In this document: positions 1 to 51,970 of the stretch, one piece after another
How the letters are laid out: every line of letters begins with the position of its first letter
Numbering within the stretch: the first letter of the stretch is position 1
Origin: Magallana gigas
Taxonomy: Eukaryota
Direction: 5' to 3'
NCBI RefSeq assembly: GCF_963853765.1
Contig: NC_088862.1
Span: 20,894,001 to 20,958,000 of the forward strand
DNA length: 64,000 nt
The notes under the pieces: generated by a model
What the model was told of the DNA's origin: nothing
The model's database searches: none
What the model saw: only the letters and a program-made list of their open reading frames with translations
Program-made: the position numbers and the translations under genes

Positions 1-96
1 TGTTACATGCGCGTACGGTTCGCCGTGAAATTCACGTCATTTCTATATAAAAGCAGTAAAAAAAATCTCTAAAATTAAGACATTCAGTATAATAAA

Positions 97-238
97 ATAA
101 ATAGTGCCTGTTTGGGAGGATAACAGTTGAAATTGACAACCCTCGAAAACCATTGTCAACCTCCGCTTCGCGTCGGTTGACAATGGTTTCCTTGGGTGTC
201 AATTTCAACTGTTACCCTCCCAAACAGGCACTATTTAT
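97..238. mobile_element. Foldback palindromic MITE-like element, ~142 bp
   Basis: Left arm ATAAATAGTGCCTGTTTGGGAGGATAACAGTTGAAATTGAC...CATTGTCAACC is near-perfectly reverse-complementary to right arm GGTTGACAATGG...GTCAATTTCAACTGTTACCCTCCCAAACAGGCACTATTTAT, around a 13-nt centre. Confidence 0.75.
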
Positions 239-419
239 ATATTATATATTCTTTATTGAGCGACTGCTTCTTTTTTCGACACTACATACATGTATATATT
301 ATCACAGCCTTACAAAAAATTTCAACAAACATATAGTTGTACATAAGTTTCAATATGATTGAACAATAAAATGTGTAAAGGTAGCGACATTGCAAGAAAA
401 ATATATAATCCGCGTTGGG

Positions 420-1260
420 TAGTGCATTTTTTTCTGCAATGATCGCTACCATTATAACCCGGATGGATCCTTGAAGAAAGTATTTTATATTGTTTATACT
501 GACATCGTTCCTTTAACAAGTTCGTGATGTTATCGTAAAAAGTAGGTGAAATGTCCTAAAGTATTGTTCATGTACTCAGTACGTTGGATTAACTCGTCTT
601 ATATAGGAATTTTAGTCTGACATCATCATGTTTTTTGGTGCAGTCTGTAATTTTTCCTTAGTTGCTGAAGGTTTTGGTTGATCGGTAAACTATAGTGTTA
701 GAACTGAATCGGGCAGATTTTAGCTTTGTCATTATCAACAGTGTTGTGGATGACAATCGGTTTCCTGAGAAATAGAGGAGAAAATACTCGATATATTTAA
801 ATATTTAAACAATGAGATGTGTTCTTTAGCGATTCATACAGTATATAAAGGTAGATATATTATAGAAAAGCTCACGTTAGCGGGTTATGTAATTTTTTTT
901 CTGCAATGATCGCTACCATCATAGTCCGGTTGAATCATCAAAATAGCATTTTATTGTTTATATTTATACCTTTTTTATAATAAATTTTGAATTAATCTTA
1001 AATAGTACTTTTGATAAAAATCAGTACTTTTGATAAAAGAAATGGCCAAGTCTTCATACATGAGAATTTTAATTTGGCATTATGCCATTATCATAATTAT
1101 TTCGTGTAGTCCATTTTTTTTAAGGTTGCTAAAGGTTTCGAAAATTTAGACCAAGCGATAAACTGGTTAGAATTTGATCGTGTAGATTTTAGACTTTTCA
1201 GTTTCAGCAGCGTTGTGAATTAAAATCGCGGTTTCCTGAACAAATTTAGGAGAAAATACA
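420..1260. repeat. Degenerate local tandem duplication, unit ~470 bp
   Basis: TTTTCTGCAATGATCGCTACCAT occurs at ~427 and ~897. Downstream blocks GTTGCT(G/A)AAGGTTT and GGTTTCCTGA...GGAGAAAATAC recur at a similar offset (~660-790 vs ~1125-1260). Boundaries approximate. Confidence 0.6.
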
Positions 1261-2136
1261 CAGTGATGGTAAATATATACAGAAAACACAATATTGGTAC
1301 AAGTCGATAATAAAATATGCAACAATTGCACTGATATATTGTACATTATATTGTATATTGATTATAAACAGTCAAACTTTACTTCCACACGGTAATTTGT
1401 ACTAGGGGCTATCAAAAAGTTCGTGGACTGACGTTAAAAAAGAATATTTTGCAGTTAATATTATAGTGACTTCTGTTACAAATATTTTATACATGTTAGC
1501 ATTGGAACTTTTTTCAAATTAGTAACCACTTCAGTGAATGTCATGCGACATAATTGCGAAAAGTAATATGATTATACATGTTGAGTTTTCTCTCTTGACA
1601 TCCAACCATTTCTGATGCCATGAAGCACGGAACAGAATCGATCAAATCGCCACAAATAATTAATCTCTCCCTGTAGTTGTGACAATTAACAATTAGACAT
1701 AGACGATAAAATGAAACAATAATATTACAATTTAAAATCGAGTTTAATTCAATATATTTATTCTTACCGGGACACAATACAATGTACCTAAAAGTATATC
1801 GCTATACAAAATATTGGTCTGACCCGCGTAAGGGTATGGCGTGGAGTGCCAGTCCTGTGTAAAGTTTTGGCGGAGTGCTGAATTAGTCGTGTGAATGAGT
1901 TGACGAGTCTCGTCATTGTCCAATTTAAAGATTTTAAACTCTCATACGTAAACAGTTACTCTATACATGTATACAATCGAAAACGCACATGTACGCTAGC
2001 GCTGTGATGCACAAATCATATAACTGGTTACATGATTATGCATAAAACATATTGCATGTATATATTGTTGTATGCAACACATTTTTTATATATCCACAGA
2101 ACAAAGATGATTTGAAAAACAAAGGTACCAAAGGCA

Positions 2137-2356
2137 NNNNNNNNNNNNNNNNNNNNNNNNNNNNNNNNNNNNNNNNNNNNNNNNNNNNNNNNNNNNNNNN
2201 NNNNNNNNNNNNNNNNNNNNNNNNNNNNNNNNNNNNNNNNNNNNNNNNNNNNNNNNNNNNNNNNNNNNNNNNNNNNNNNNNNNNNNNNNNNNNNNNNNNN
2301 NNNNNNNNNNNNNNNNNNNNNNNNNNNNNNNNNNNNNNNNNNNNNNNNNNNNNNNN
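2137..2356. other. Assembly gap (220 N)
   Basis: Run of N. It may hide 5' exon(s) of the lectin gene. Confidence 0.99.
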
Positions 2357-2445
2357 ATTGGTAAATAAATATTTGTCACTTTTAAAATTCAGTTTAATAA
2401 CTTTAAATTGTATATCTTATTTGTAAGTATCTTACTTTTTTTCAG

Positions 2446-2652
2446 TGAATGTGCAACAAGTTATGGCGAGTTCAGTATTACAAAGTAGATATTTCCCAAA
2501 CTATACAGTAGACGGTGTGAACGGTGGAAACTGCAATAATCTGAAAAGTATTTTCATCACAAACCAGGAACAAGACCCATGGCTTAGAATTGACTTGTCA
2601 AGAAATATCGTGATTTGGAGGATTTTAATCTTTAACCGTTTCGATTGCTGTG
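2446..2652 (+). CDS. F-type lectin (fucolectin/FTP, F5/8 type C fold) gene, internal exon
   Basis: Acceptor ttttttcag, donor G|gtaagt. Encodes NVQQVMASS...YTVDG...DPWLRIDL...IFNRFDCC, matching the F-lectin AVDG / PWWRVDL / NRxDCC pattern. Confidence 0.85.
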
Positions 2653-3990
2653 GTAAGTAGCTTTGTGAATAGAACTTATTGTTGAGTCGACTTTACAAGG
2701 CGTTTTTGAAGAGAGGTATGTTACTCCAGTTGACTCTGTCGTTCCCTAATTTGATTTTTTCTTTTAAAAATCATTTTTTGGGGGGTTTTAAATCCCAAAA
2801 TCATTTCTGAATTCTAACTGAGATTAACATGTAATAAAGATACACTATAGTGTATTTCTGAAGTGACGTGACTGTCCCTTGCCTGCTGTCAATGTACACA
2901 GAAATATTATTATTTAAAAGTAGCCTAGATTTGTTTACAAATACTAAGAGCTAGACCTTGAAAGGACGAGGCCGAAGTTACAATGGTGTTGGGTTCAACA
3001 ATGAACTTTACACAAAATGGCCAAGTCAAATTTCCCTCTGTACGTAGTCTAGTATTTTCAAAACAAATTTTGATTATCATAATTACTCTCGACAACAAAC
3101 ATAGGTTGCTGTGTGGTCTGATTCAACTAATTATATATAGTAGAAAATATTGTTAATTTCTTGTACACTTTTAGCATTAGTTCATATAAGTTATGCATGA
3201 AAATTCTGTTATTACAAATTTCAAAAGTTAATATACATGTATTGTGTATATGGTATATATATGTATATGAGAAGAGTTACATAATCTTAGAGCTTAAAAG
3301 TGGTCGAATCGATATTGTTTTGTTTAAGAAAAAATCGAAACAATTTTCATAGAAGAAAATTTTAATGGTAAATTTAGGTACAACCTGGAGTTGGTTTTTT
3401 TTTTTTTTTTTTGTAAATAAAGGTTTATATCAACAAGGATTTTATAAATTAGAGCTAATATTTGAATTATATACATGTATGGTCTGTTTTTCCTCCTAAT
3501 GATTTGCAGATCGACTGTTTTTACGCTTGATAATCCTTTTAGCACGGCGAAATAGGATAAAATGCTTGAACATCAAATCGGGCCATAGAGCATTACGGAC
3601 CCACTATGCAAAGATGAATATTTTTTTTGACTTAGAGAAATTTATAAGACATTAAGGTGTATGTATATTGAGAGTTTCAGTTCATTCTTAATTCAACATA
3701 GGACATGTGCTTTGTTTTATCCAGATAACAACTTTGAAAATATTCAAGGCGACAAAGTATCGATAAATAAATATTTGCTTACTATGTACATATTGAGAAA
3801 TCACATTCAACTGTTCGTTTTAAATCCCATGATTCTGGAGTAAAGATAATTAGATAATGTGTGTTTGAAATGATCACAAACTAAGTCATATACTATAGAT
3901 TGCAATTCGTTTTTGTCTTCTTAACTACCGTTAAAACATAAAGACTAGCAGGTAGTGTACAGTTTGTAATATTCTCCTTTACTTTTACAG

Positions 3991-4211
3991 GCGAACGTTT
4001 GGTCAACTTAAACGTCACGTATAGTGACATTGCGGGGGTCAGCAACATCTGTGGTTTTTATCCTGGCATCTCGTCACGTGCCGGGGATCTTATTCTGTTC
4101 CAGTGTCCACCAGAAGCTCGAACCACTTCAGTAAAAATCCAAATCGAATCGCAGCCGGGAAGCAATAATGAATTGAGTCTTTGTGAAGTTGAAATTTACG
4201 AGAAAAGTTAA
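3991..4211 (+). CDS. F-type lectin gene, terminal coding exon
   Basis: Acceptor acttttacag. The phase-1 join gives DCCG-ERL, followed by CGFYPG...C...LSLCEVEIYEKS*, the typical F-lectin C-terminal LxLCEVEV/I motif. Confidence 0.85.
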
Positions 4212-4562
4212 GAACACTATTACGCATATCATCTTTTTTCAGGTATTTAGCAATTATACATAGTTTTGTAGTGTTATGATAAATAATGACCTATTCCATA
4301 ACGCAAGCGTTTTCTACAGAGTGCGCAATTGCATGTACATGTACTAGTATTTACATTCAGTGTATATGTATGCATTTGAAATCTTCTGTAACATTTCAAT
4401 ATGGCTGTTCCATGTATGTTTCGTATCCCTGACTAAGAGCGTGTTTATGGCTTTAAAGCGACGATAGTTCATCAATATTAATACACGTGTAAATATAAGC
4501 ACTGAATGCTTAGATATATTTCTATGGTGGCATATTTCTGCCCCTACATTTCTGCCCCCTAA

Positions 4563-4633
4563 ATGCAAGATAAATTATGTCAACATGTAAGAAAATTATG
4601 TCAACATGCAAGATAATTATGTTGACATGCAAG
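4563..4633. repeat. Short direct/inverted repeat cluster (TTATGTCAACATG / CATGTTGACATAA type)
   Basis: AATTATGTCAACATG occurs twice, followed by the inverted AATTATGTTGACATGCAAG. Probably a relic of a repeat family. Confidence 0.45.
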
Positions 4634-5869
4634 TTTTTATAATTATATTATCGTATGATAATTTACAATAATCTATGATACAATATCATATCTTTTCATA
4701 TGATATTTTCAAAATTAGAACATGAATCATGATATATCATATATCAACAATCACATCTATCAAGCAAGTTTAAGTGAGGTTGGACAATGTTTTCTTGGCA
4801 TCCTTGATAATGGATATCAGGCTCTGCATCTGAACCTAGCCTTATGTTTCAAATCCAAAGTTAATTAAATGAACCATGAAGGTTAGTCAGGAAAGCATGC
4901 GCATTTTTACCAACATTCAAACATGTATTGAACTAATAAAAAACTAAAAAAATATGTGATGCGGTATGAACAGATTTCACTTTATTTTGTAACCAGCTCC
5001 AAGACCCTAACACAATTTATGCTGTTAAAATGAAAAGAGTCTAGTTTTTGACTTGTTAAAATATCGAAAGGACATTTTCATTAAACGTTTATTTAATTAA
5101 GATGAAAGGAAATTAAATGATCACATTTTTCTTTCTTTCTTACTATATACATTTTGGCATAGAAATAGTATGCAAAGTTTAAAATCTTACAAGGACTATA
5201 TTTTTGGCGGAACACTGCCTGGCGAAGGAAAATGTCACTTGTTTTTTCAATTCAGAATAAAAGTAGATAAATGAACCTTATTAATATTTTCAAAACATTA
5301 ACGCTGGATTTGTAGATTAATGTGAACTACTACAAAGAGAATTTTTATAATGTGTTTTTAAAAAATGACTTTCTAATCCAATTGCATTTTTATTAGCGCT
5401 TTAAAGTTTTCATTATTTAAATATATTTGTACAATAAAAATAACTAAAACCGGATTTTATCTCTTACTTAATGATTAATACATGTACATTAGTTCTTCTG
5501 TCAATTTATATTTTTATATCAAAGTCTTCATAATATTAAAAAATCAGAAACATTTCAATATTGGAAGCATAGGAAAATAATCAAAATATCTTCAAAATTT
5601 AAAAAAATTAGAGGAAATGCAAACTACATGTATATCAATTTTGGTTTAAACATGTACTTCAATTAAACAGTATAGATTGAAAGACATTATTAAGATATTT
5701 TATCATTTCAGGAACTTAGAAACTTCATATCTTATATAGATGTCTACATAACATGTACATCTATTTTTAGCATCATTTAAGTTGAGAAAAAAGATAGTGA
5801 TCTTGACCTGACATTGGGGTGAAAACAAGATGGTCAAATTTAATTTTACTACTGTGATTCATTCACATA

Positions 5870-6122
5870 AATAAATTTTCTCTTTATATTCCTATGTAAA
5901 ACTTGATCCCCCTACTGTGGCCCAACCCTACCCCCGGGGACCATGATTTGCACAAACCAGAATCTACACAATCTGAGGATGCTTTCAATTTAATTTGAGT
6001 TTTCCTGGTGTCATAGTTTTGGAGAAGAAAGATTAAAAATTTTCTCTATATATTCCTATGTAAAACTTGATCCCCCTACTGTGGCCCAACCCTACCCCCG
6101 GGGACCATGATTTGCACAACCT
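5870..6122. repeat. ~164-bp satellite monomers (about 1.5 units), resembling the oyster ~166-bp (Cg170-type) satellite
   Basis: CCTATGTAAAACTTGATCCCCCTACTGTGGCCCAACCCTACCCCCGGGGACCATGATTTGCACAA starts at 5891 and 6055. The family name is from recollection and unverified. Confidence 0.7.
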
Positions 6123-6960
6123 TTACCTCCTCATGCATCCAAAACCCATGACTCAGATTCAGCATCGGAGCCTTTGGAGTATATAAGTATCACAAGATGC
6201 ATCATCAATCCAAATTAAGATAGAAGCAATAATAACTTAGATTTGTCTATCAAAAGTCAACTGCTCCACAAATTTAAAACTCCTCCAGCATCCGAAAGCT
6301 AGCATCAAAGCCGGTGAAGTGCATCAGTATTGCAAGATGCATCAACTATGCACGTTTAGTGAAAATAGGAACATAATAACGTTATCTTATATAATATAAT
6401 TATTATATAATATATATTATGCTCTTCACAAGGCACCTGCTCCAAAACTTCAACTTGCTCCAATTCAAGAACAACTTCTTCCAGCATATGAAACCTACTG
6501 TTCAGATTCAGCATGACAGTTGTATATGTATCAAACGATGCAGCAGCCATGAAAGTTCGAAGAAGTAAGCACAATTAGTAACTTACATGTAGATATGGTC
6601 ATCAGAGAGCACCTGCTCCAAAAACATTAACCTGCTCCAAAAACCTTATCCTCCTCCAGCATCTGAAACCTATAGCTCAGATTCAGCGTTAAAGCCCGGC
6701 AAGTGCGTCAGTATCGTAAGACGCATCCATCCATGCAAGCTTGATAAGATATATATATAAGGACCTGTGGTAACTTAGATATGTCCATCAAAGGGCACCT
6801 GCTCCAAGAACCTTCACCTCCTCCAGCATCTGAAATATATATATGGCTCAGATTCAGCATCCAAGCCTTTTAAGTCCATAAACAGGTCTAGATGTCTAGA
6901 TGCACCATCCATACAAGTGGTGAAGACAGGACAAATAATTACTTAGATACAGGACCTGCA
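6120..6960. repeat. Degenerate tandem array, unit ~180 bp
   Basis: GCACCTGCTCCAA at ~6433, ~6609 and ~6794, each followed by CTCCAGCAT.TGAAA...CAGATTCAGC. Weaker copies at ~6125 and ~6260. Confidence 0.65.
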
Positions 6961-9200
6961 ACAAAAAGTTAAATAAACCAGGTCCGGATGCCAGAGGTAA
7001 TAGCCTAAACTTCACCAGACTTTGCCTCGGTAAGCAAATGAAAGACTTGTGAAATACTGACTCGTATGCATCTAAATGCCGGGCCCTAATATACCTCGTA
7101 TGAAATTGAAGTATGCCACTCGATCTGTTTTAAATGTCACCATACAAAATTGTCTTGTATTTGTATTTTAATAGAAATGAAAGGCATTGCAGCTGAAGTC
7201 TTTCAAGACCTTCTTCTCAAAAACCGTTCGGCCAGAACAGCTCAAAAATATCTCAAGCTAAAAGCATTAAAATGTGCTTTGAAATGGTTAATGACGATCA
7301 AATCTAAGAAAAATGTAGAGAACTTTGGATAGGAGCGGTTTGATTAAAATAGTTCTATTGTTCTATTTTCATTTCTTCGGTAGATTACCTCTGTAACATC
7401 AAGGAATACACATTTATTGTTATACATGTAAATGGAGTTAAAAAGAAGACAAATTATGGTTTTGTACTTTTAATAGTTTTTAAGGCAACAATTTGATGAC
7501 ATATAAAACAGTGGATTTCATTGCCACTTATCTTTATATATATATATACAAAGGTTTAACATTGACAAAAGGATATTGTAAATTAGACATGGCCCCTCAA
7601 TAATTGTAAAGAAAGATATAGACAAAGAGTGTGTTTAGAACACTAAAAATCTCAAACGTTTTTATTCATGGAAATAATGCGTTGGCAAAGATAGTCCTTT
7701 ATCTGTCTTGAAACATTACTATATAAAACATAATTAATTAGTTAACTTTACTTGATATCGCACCGTTTCAAAACAAGCCTGTAATGTATTGATAGAAGAC
7801 CCAAAAAGGAAGCAAGAAACCAGCATCATCCATCATATTGCCTAAGAAACCAGACGTACATCCAGTTTATAATGGGTCACAACCAACAAGAGTTTTTCCA
7901 TGTAAAAATTTTTGATAAAAAAATTCTACTGAATTATACCTTATTGATACTTTTTAATTCTACACAAGTAAATGATGCAATATCACCACTGCAACTATGT
8001 AGTACCTAGATTCTCCTAGATTTCTAACAACTTAAATTTTAAAGCAACTTGATTTCCTTTATTGAGACAAAGTCTTAAAATTAATCCTAGAGTACAATAC
8101 TAAATGTTGTTAAAAAATAAAATACAATTTTGGATAATTTTCTTTATCCTACTGAACTTCCCTAAATAAAATCTAAAACTTTTCCTAGTGTTTGAATGTT
8201 CTGTAGACTTAGAAAAGTTATCCTCGTAGTAAAAAGAATGCATATAAAAATATAGATAAAATAATCATACCTACTTATAATAACATATATAACTTGAATG
8301 CGGAATGTTTAATGTAAACAATATTATTTGCACACTCATGAATATTAATAAAAAGACACCAACATAAGCTCTTGAAATTCATTTTCTGTCTAATAAGAGT
8401 ATAGTTATAAAATAATTCATTTCTTTTATGATAAATTAAACAAATTTCTGAATATCTGGCAAATTATGTAATGATATTTGTACCCTCATATGCATATGCT
8501 AAAAATAATTGGAAGTTATTTGCATATCTTGAATAAATTAGCATAAAATCTGCATAAACATGAAGTGATTGTATGACATCTGCATAATAATCTGGCTCTT
8601 TGTTGTGGTCCACATGTAAATGATAAATATGGTAATTATCACATACGGTGCTTGTAACTCTTTGTGGTATCCTTGTCTGAATAAGCAGGAATATGAATGA
8701 AATGAGGATGAAGCATGTTCATTAAACATATCAAGCAGACACACAGTTGTATGAATCGTATGGCTGCTGTCGAATATTCATATAATCCTTGAGGCTATGC
8801 TGCTTTTCTGTAGCAGCATAACCACCCCCTTGCCGTTCAGTCATCCATAACAAAGAAGAGAATCTCATGGCCTTGATTTCATAATCTCCGCAAAAAAGAG
8901 AAAAGATTTGATGGATCTGGGCAGCTCCATGGATTTCTGGCAGTAGACAAATATATAATTTATCACAACACTGGAGAGCTTCTTTCACATCATCCAAAAA
9001 CAGTACTAGCATATCTCCCGAACACTTCACTGTTGTCTTCAGCCATTCCTCTTATAAAACATATATTTTTTGTCTTCAAACAGAACAAACACTGTTGTCT
9101 TCATGACACAACCATGTTCTGTATCAACACCAAGAACAAACCGCACAACCACAGGGTCCAATGAGTTAATCAAAGTCCCAGTTATTTGGGGGGTGGGGTG

Positions 9201-47615
<38,415 letters not shown>

Positions 47616-47661
47616 TTATGAATGAGCTAGCCTTATTGAACAGCATCATCAATTGTCAGTA

Positions 47662-47755
47662 TTATAATGGGAGGGGAGAAATAATTGCAGACCAGACCGG
47701 GATTCGAACCAGGACTCCCTGAATCTCTAGTCAGGTGCTCTACCAATGGAGCTTA
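47662..47755 (-). mobile_element. tRNA-derived SINE (5'-truncated head), not a functional tRNA
   Basis: Minus strand reads AGCTCCATTGGTAGAGCA (A box)...GGTTCGAATCCC (B box). The anticodon-like loop is 8 nt, there is no intact acceptor stem, and a non-tRNA tail follows. Confidence 0.75.
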
Positions 47756-48412
47756 ATTGTTTTAAAATTAAGGAGTTTCATTTTGACTGGCTAGAATAGG
47801 TCCTACGACAGTAGTATTGTGTGTAAACTTAGTAAACTATGATTTTAGGCTTATTCTAAATCAGAAAGGGGAACAATAGAAGATATAAGTGAATCATATA
47901 GAAAGGTGTACTCCAGAAAGCATGGTCACCATTTGTTACCAATCAATGTATTCTTAAACGCTGTTTTAGCATCTTACAACTTTTAAAATCAGGTGACATG
48001 AAGTATAAAAAAAAAAAATTCAGGCAAAATTAGCAGGTTCTTGCACCAACAGTCAAACACACACAAAATTTCTGTCCCTGTGTTAAAAAATAGAATTCCA
48101 TAAATGTGATTGATGGGGTTTTTTTTCTTACTTACATATAAGATAAATCATCTTATTATCAGGTGGTTCAACATTTAAAAATTTGTGCCCCCGGGTATAC
48201 AGCGGTACATCAAAATTTCAAATACGTATGCAAACAATAACTTTCTCTTGTTCAGACATCCATTTCTTCTGGTTTCAGATTGAAGTATTTCAAAGTTTTC
48301 TGAGACACACGGAGGACTGTTTTGAAGATGAAGCGATAACTTAAGACATCAAAGGTTTCACCTGTCCTGATATGTGAAAGGTGTTACAAAAATTTGGAAA
48401 CTTTTTACTTAC

Positions 48413-48650
48413 CGATGACAAACCATTTTGAGTTTCATTAAAAATTTCAAGAACGTAAATAAATTATCCTCATATGAATTTAATCCTGTGAGGGGAATTC
48501 ACCAAATCTTGATTCACACAAAAATTATATGAACTTCACAACACCGATAGTTCCCCATACCCATACAATCATATTTACAATATACACAGCCTCGTTTCGG
48601 ATGACAACTTCCGCTGAAATATTGAGGCACCCGAGGGGGCGGAATTATTA
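48413..48650 (-). promoter_or_regulatory. Candidate non-coding first exon and proximal promoter of par-3
   Basis: Strong donor TCG|gtaagt at 48411-48412. A CpG-richer patch at ~48590-48680 contains a GC box (GGGGGCGGAA, ~48635). The TSS is not determinable. Confidence 0.45.
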
Positions 48651-48834
48651 GGTCGGTGACAAAATGACTCGTTCTGTCGTTCTGTGCTATGACCAGTGTC
48701 TATAGATCAAATTGCATTTCATATGTGAATAATGTGTTAGATATTGGCACAACACGTTTTACACACTAACCCTGCGTATCAATAATTTTTCCATTGACTG
48801 GAATGCGACAAACTTCAATTTGACCCGGGGTTTA

Positions 48835-48979
48835 TCTGCATGCTCCTCCCCCCTCCCCCACGGATTAGGATTTTTAGGATTTTGAAAAGTAATCTTTTAT
48901 TTATTTGCTTGTAAAGATTTTTTGGATGAGTCTGCCCCCCCCCCCCCCCCCATTTAAAAAAAATGATCCTACGTGCCTG
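48835..48979. mobile_element. MITE end fragment (…CTACGTGCCTG); complementary end CAGGCACGTAGCATC of a second copy at ~50338
   Basis: The two termini are reverse-complementary but point outward, so they belong to separate copies of one family. Confidence 0.4.
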
Positions 48980-50528
48980 ATGTATACAAATATTCTGAAT
49001 AAAACATTGTTTTAAATATAGATATTTAAGATAAAACAGCATTATATGCTAAAAGTTTATTATGAATAAAATAGTTATTACATACGTACTGTATTTAAAG
49101 AAATAATACGTAAATTTAAATAAATCATCATTTTTGCCCCCCCCCCCCTTGAACCATATCTTAAGAATAAATATGTAAAAACTGCATGATAATTTTTAAT
49201 TAAATATATAGACTCAAAAAAATATTGTTTCTTTAATTTGTGCTTCTTTGCTGTTGAATTTTGAGCTGGTTTCATGATCAAAATTCCATGATGTGGGTCA
49301 ATTTACAACGGGTCTTTATTCAACACCTTTGGTCTGGTCTCAATATTCAACGTGGAAAAATGACCCCGGATCAGTTTTCAACCCGGGTCAAAATTCTTCG
49401 TTACACCGGCTTCACTCAGTAAAAACACCCAAGTACCAAATTAGTATGTCATTTTTTTTTTCATATCACTGGATATTTCATTGAAAACTTTTTTTCAACG
49501 TTAGACTTGTTAAAAGTATTCCCTTGACTGATTTTGAAAAAAAAAACCCTGAATTGATAAATTAAGAATTTCTCTAGCTTTTTTGGCATCATCTTTGAAT
49601 ATTTCTCCAACCTTCTGTTCCATATTAAATTAATAATCCAAGTAAGACTTTTTGGTTCGCATATTACAAAAGATACACAGTCAAGCTCTTTAAAAATATC
49701 TTATTGTTGCATGTTCGAAGAACCAAATTTCCCAATTGAGTTGTCAAAAACTACTGATTTCAACTTATGTCAAATAGTGCAATATTGAATCAATTGTGAT
49801 TAATATAAATTTCACCAAAACAACACCAAATTTGAATAAGCCTTGTTTTCTAATTCAATGAAATGAATCGAAGGGGGGGGGGGGGGGGCTACATTTGGCA
49901 CGTGGGTGTAGCTTAATTACATTTCGCAATGAGTAAGTACTATAGCTACATATATAGTAACTGAAATCGCGTACTATATAGCTAGTTTTTTAAAAAATTG
50001 TCTGCGTATGGATACCTGACCGACCCCCTCCCCCGGACGGTATCATAATACCAATGACTCCTTCGAATAGTTTAAATCATCCGTTTAATCAAGGTACATG
50101 CCAGTTATTTCTAATTTAACTTGATATAAAAAGTATAAATAGTCAGATATAACATATTATATCTGACTATTACATGAAACAAACACTGACGACTTATGAA
50201 ATGAAATTCAAAATTCATGTTTTGTTTCAGAAAGAGAGATATTTAGGGTTTGATACGTTTAAATCCGTCGATATTTCTTGTAATACACCTCTACAGCGCT
50301 TCGTAGGACTAAATTATTTGTATTTGTTTCTGCTATGCAGGCACGTAGCATCAAAGGGGGGAGGGGGACTGACCCCCCTTTTTCTCGCAGCAACTTATTT
50401 TCTTAAATTTACATGTAAAATTGTTTTTTTCATGGAGTTTGGATGTCAAATTTTCATTTTTACTTTATAGCACTTTAAAATCAAACTTTAATTCAGAAAC
50501 TACGACAGATAGACAGTTAAAAAATAAA

Positions 50529-50532
<4 letters not shown>

Positions 50533-50586
<54 letters not shown>
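50533..50586. repeat. (GA)n microsatellite
   Basis: Direct observation. Confidence 0.97.
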
Positions 50587-50590
<4 letters not shown>

Positions 50591-51220
50591 CTGAAACAAA
50601 GCATGCATTTTTTAACGCCACTACACCAATACATTTTTTGTGACACTACGTCACAAGATGGCGATATATATATATGTTTTGTTAAACTGTTTGTATTACT
50701 CAGATTGATTGTCTATCATCACAGCTCAGTGGTTAAAGTATCGGTCTTGTTAACGAATTTCATATTTTTTACCTATTTAATTTATTTGTATACTTCTTAT
50801 TCATCATGCTATCTTTCATAATTAGGTAATTTTCTGCTGGTTTGAGAAACTTTTACCGTTGCAACGACTGCAGTCATAAGTAGGGTAAAACTAAAACTAT
50901 AACTTGTCTCACGGCGGTCTAACCCACTCGGCAGTCAGTTGGAAAAAGCCACGTAGAGTTACCTCGCTTCCTGAGGTTTATTTATGACCGGTACGTGTAT
51001 GCAGTGGACACTTGGCACATGTTCATATTAGAAGAGAGTTTGAAGTCTTACGTGTTGACAATATAAAAATATTAGATTCCTCAATCACAAGGAATTAACA
51101 TTCTAATGTGCTCTCCGTGTAAGTTCGACGGAATTGTGCTTGTAAATTACATGTATAACGCAACATAACAAAGGTGCAATAGCCCCCCCCCCCCCCCCCC
51201 CCTGTAGGTATACTATTAAA

Positions 51221-51970
51221 TTGAGTATTGGCTGCATATGTCTACAACATTGTATTGACTGTGCATGTCTACAACTTTGTATTGACTGTATATGTCTACT
51301 TAACTTTGTGTGTTAACTGTATATATATATATATCTACATCATTGTTTATTAGCTGTTTATATCTACAATATTGGGTATTGACTGTATATATCCACAACA
51401 TCGTGTATTGACTGTATATGTCTACAACATTGTGCATCATTGGCTGTATATGTCTACAACATTGTGTATTGGCTGTATATGTCTACAACATTGTATTGAC
51501 TATATATGTCTACATTATTGTATTGACTGTATATATCTACAACTTTGTGTATTGGCTGTATATGTCTACAACATTGTGTATTGGCTGTATATGTCTACAA
51601 CATTGTGCATTGACTGTATATGTCTACAACATTGTGCATTGACTGTGTATGTCTACAACATTGTGCATTGACTGTATAGTGTACAACATTGTGCATTGAC
51701 TGTATATGTCTACAACATTGTGCATTGTCTGTATATGTCTACAACATTGTGCATTGACTGTATATGTCTACAACATTGTGCATGACTGTATATGTCTACA
51801 ACATTGAGTATTGACTGTATATGTTTACGACATCGTGCATTGCCTGTATATTTCTTCAACAATGTACCCAGTTTATTGACTGTACATGTCTACACATTGT
51901 AAATTGAACGTACGTGACTACAAAATTGTATAATGACTGTACATGTTTACAACACTGTACATTGTGTATT
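51221..51970. repeat. 29-bp minisatellite, >20 copies
   Basis: Unit TTGTGCATTGACTGTATATGTCTACAACA. Homogeneous at ~51590-51810 and degenerate at both edges. Confidence 0.95.

Noticed and set aside
1399-1430. TA-CTAGGGGCTATCAAAAAGT, resembling a mariner TIR
   Set aside because: I found no matching right TIR or transposase remnant by eye.
8731-9030. 99-aa minus-strand ORF downstream of the par-3 stop
   Set aside because: It lies in the presumptive 3' UTR, with no recognisable motif or splice support.
47691-47755. tRNA gene
   Set aside because: No acceptor stem, an 8-nt anticodon loop and a SINE-like tail, so it is recorded as a SINE.
51372-51671. Cys/Tyr-rich repetitive ORFs, and CRISPR-like regular repeats
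   Set aside because: This is a head-to-tail 29-bp minisatellite with no unique spacers and no cas genes, in a eukaryotic context.
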